The position numbers were made by a program, and so were the translations under genes. Positions 60,863 through 64,000 of a stretch of DNA of 64,000 bases are shown here, in pieces. Every line of letters begins with the position of its first letter. The stretch's first letter is position 1. The stretch comes from Moniliella sp. 'wahieum' (taxonomy: Eukaryota), in contig RSEE01000002.1 in the NCBI GenBank assembly GCA_003971905.1, positions 434,001 through 498,000 on the forward strand, given 5' to 3'. Under the pieces are notes generated by a model, which saw only the letters and a list, made by a program, of their open reading frames with translations, was not told where the DNA came from and ran no database searches.

Positions 60863-63411
60863 GGCGCCAAAAGGGGCAAAAATGGTGAGTTGCTGATGAC
60901 GAGGGAGGAAGTTGGCTTGGGCAGGTAGCGACCAAACTGAAGTTTTATATGCGTCCGCGTATGTTCCAAGAGAGGGGTCGGAGGATGAGATACCCTTTGA
61001 ATACAAGGATGACATCACCAGTATAGGCTATACATGCGCCACAACTGCACCTGTTATCTCGAATAGAGGCACTGTGCTTTGAGAGTGGTTAACTGCCTTG
61101 CTGCTATTACTGATGGAAGACTCCCTGCAACTATGAAGCCCTTTGTTCACCTTTGTTGTATACCCCCCAGAAACACTAGACTTGTGCTCCAAGGTAAGGG
61201 GAAAGTGATGCTGGTGCTCATTTGTGTTGATGTCTATAGATTGCCATAGATAAGCACACACAAATCGTAACAGCTGCACGATGCCGGACACTGTATAACA
61301 CTGCACAAAATACTTTCCCGGGGTGAAGGGCTCTTCTTTGCCTTTGTCTATTTGGTGATGAGCGTTCACCGCACGTGCAATCGATGCAGTCGACACTTTC
61401 AAGCACAGCGAGAGAGGAGAACCAAGGTGTGTCCCTGATATACCGCTATATAGGCCCGTGTGTGCGCACGCCACGCCTTTCGTTTTGATTGCTGTATACT
61501 AACAGTAATACAGATAAGCAGACACAGTTTCTCCACACCGCGCCCTCTTCGTTTTGTAAGACCGTGCTTCTCTCATTCCAAACAACGTGCATCGTTTCTT
61601 CAGGGGAAAGGGCACTTTCACCTCCTATCTTCTTTGAAGCCGTACTGCCTTCGACCATTTATCATTTATCCTCGATATATCTCACACAAAAAAGGCAAGG
61701 TCAGAAAGAGATATAGCGTTGTAGGTCCAATGCATCGAAGAGAACTGATAAGAGGGGGTCCAGTGGCGCTTCTTACGGCAAAATCAATGGGTTTGGGGAG
61801 TGAACCGATGCATACAGGCCGTATACTCAACGCACCAAAAGTCGAACGTACGAAACATAATGAGCCTTGGGGCCATGAGTGCTCGTTATACTGTAACAGT
61901 CGGGGCTAGAGAGAGACAAAGGCCCTGTCAGGGACGGGGTCACTGGCAAGATCCTTCGTAGGAGGACACAAGAGCATGGGGAAGGGAACAGAAGCAAAGG
62001 GGACCGGGAAGAGCGTGATACATGGGATGGAGAATTGGAGATAGGGGGGCGATTAGAGAACTTAGTGAACCAGTGACAATTACTGTTGTCTTCTTTGAAG
62101 ATGTATGTTCTATAGATGGATCTGAGTGTAGCGTAGTAAGTTTTTTCCCCTCTCCTCCCACCATTGAATCTCTTTAGCGTCAATCGAGAAAAACATGCGT
62201 TGAACAACGTTGACGTTGCTATCAATTTCGTGGAAACAATGACCCCGGAGGGTCCTGATATCCTGACGATCCCTCTGGTCCCTTGACCTTAGTGGCGCTT
62301 CCAAGTAACCCCCGCAAGATGAACGGTTCGATTTAGACGTAGCGTTCCCCCTGTCCCAGCCTTAAGCTCTGTCAATGATATGGATCCAAGAGGGGTATAA
62401 TTGATGAAGCATGCGCATCCATCATAATCCGCGTTTATATCAGTGCCCCCTATGTCATATTCCGCGTCGAACAGAAACCACCCGAGTATACATTTCTCAC
62501 AACTGTACTGTGAAAGGGTGGACAGCACCTGAGAACGTATGTGTAGATGTGCCATCCATACATTTCTCTCTTCCCTCGGAGAGTTTGCCCTGCCTTAATA
62601 CAAGAACACATCTGTTATGCCACCAATCCGGTCATAACATGCGCCTCTCTTGTAGTGAAAGCCTTGCTCGAAAAGCGTTTTGCTGGAGAGATCGTCCCTT
62701 GCTTGCACCCCCCACAAGTCTCAGCCTAATCTCGGGACCCAGACCCGATTTACTTCTCATCATGCGTGGAGACCACTATATACGGCGGAGAAACGAAAGG
62801 GAGCCGGTTTCCACGCCCGGCGCGGAAACGCAATGATCATGTGGCTTTAGTACCTCTCTGTGCAATGATGACGAAGAGAGCGAGCGCGCTGCTATACAAA
62901 CGGCACAATTTGGCAAGCCGATTTGGCATAGCCTTGCCTCCATATCTTGTCCGCGAGACGCTTTGGCCATGTAATGTTTTTCTTAACCAGAAGAGAAGTG
63001 GTGACCGCCGGGCACCGCCTCTCTGCCGAGATAATATGCGCAGGTCGGCACGTCAGGTTACGCGTTTCGCGTTACGCGTTACGGGCTGTTGGATATTCAA
63101 AGCTGTTATCCACAGGTCACGGGGACGCTGACGGCTGACGTCACCACATCACCTGCTGCATCACCGGCATCACCGGCGGGGTAGCCGGTAGAGCTTAGAG
63201 AGTAATGGAACTCAGGCCCATCATGCATCATGCATCGTGCATTGTTACCCGGTGGGCACTCCAATCAAATTTCAAACGCAAATGTTTCAAAATGCCAAGC
63301 TTCGAGGTGGCGAGTTGGGCATTCGGAGTGCCACTTAACCGCTCACTGAGTTCTAGTCGATCGATCGAGAGGACTAACAGACTCAAGTTGGGGGAGCCCC
63401 AACGCTGGTCT

Positions 63412-64000
63412 CATGCAGACCTACCACCACCATCGCCATCGCCATGAGGCTGCGCAAGTCGTATGGATCCCCAACCCCCCCACCAGATGATGTGAAGAAG
63501 CCTCCTCCTCTCCCCTTTGGGATGGTAGGTGGGCCCGGCAGTATTGGGCCCGAATTCCTCTCTCTCGATGAGGGCACTGTCGCTTTGGGATCGGCAGCTA
63601 CCGCCTTCTTGGAAAAGACGGAGGAGGAGGGGCATTGGTTCAACCCCTTGCGCATCCCTGAATCGGATGTTTGTCCTAGCGGATACGAGATCGGAGCCAT
63701 CATTCTCGAGCCTTTTGAGGGTGAAGTGCGCAAGTACGACCCCTCTACCAAGATATGGCAGCCCATTACCTCCCTGCGCCTCAGCTAGGCGTCTCGGACG
63801 ATAACCGTCTCATCCTCACGGGACCATACGTGTGGATGTACCTCCTTACTTCTGGTTATCTGGGCGATGAACTTGTGGCCCCCTTGAGCTCCCACCCTAC
63901 CCGGCCCAAGGAGGCAGTAGACGTGCTCCTCCTCCGCCCATTGCGGGACCCGGCAGTACGAGCGATTGCAGATAAAGAGGAAGCGCACCAATGGTTTAAC
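63412..64000 (+). CDS. Probable 5' part of a hypothetical protein running off the window
   Basis: Protein-like frame GHWFNPLRIPESDVCPSGYEIGAIILEPFEGEVRKYDPSTKIWQPI, followed in another frame by DDNRLILTGPYVWMYLLTSGYLGDE. No family recognised. Confidence 0.35.

Overview
Eukaryotic, GC-rich, intron-poor fungal DNA. It is probably a basidiomycete and Ustilaginomycotina-like; this is inferred from GTRNGT...CTRAC...YAG introns, the protein families present and low intron density. Nearly every conserved gene is split over several frames by 1-2 nt indels, which is best explained by an unpolished long-read consensus, so CDS coordinates are whole-gene spans and some ends are approximate. Recognisable genes in order: RSA4/NLE1, an intron-containing tRNA-Ser(CGA), an atypical STE20/PAK-like kinase, a GNAT acetyltransferase, PEP7/rabenosyn-5, an F-box/LRR protein (YLR352W-like), SMI1/KNR4, an Ecl1-type zinc-motif protein, PP4 catalytic subunit PPH3, an FAD amine oxidase, H+-ATPase PMA1, RFA1, and a myosin-motor chitin synthase, plus several orphan ORFs. 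The most unusual signal is non-coding. Intergenic DNA repeatedly carries short 7-bp-period tandem arrays whose units differ in sequence but obey one rule: a 6-bp palindrome A-NNNN-T plus one spacer base, giving symmetry around T-N-A. This points to a sequence-general generating mechanism or a structural code rather than one repeat family.
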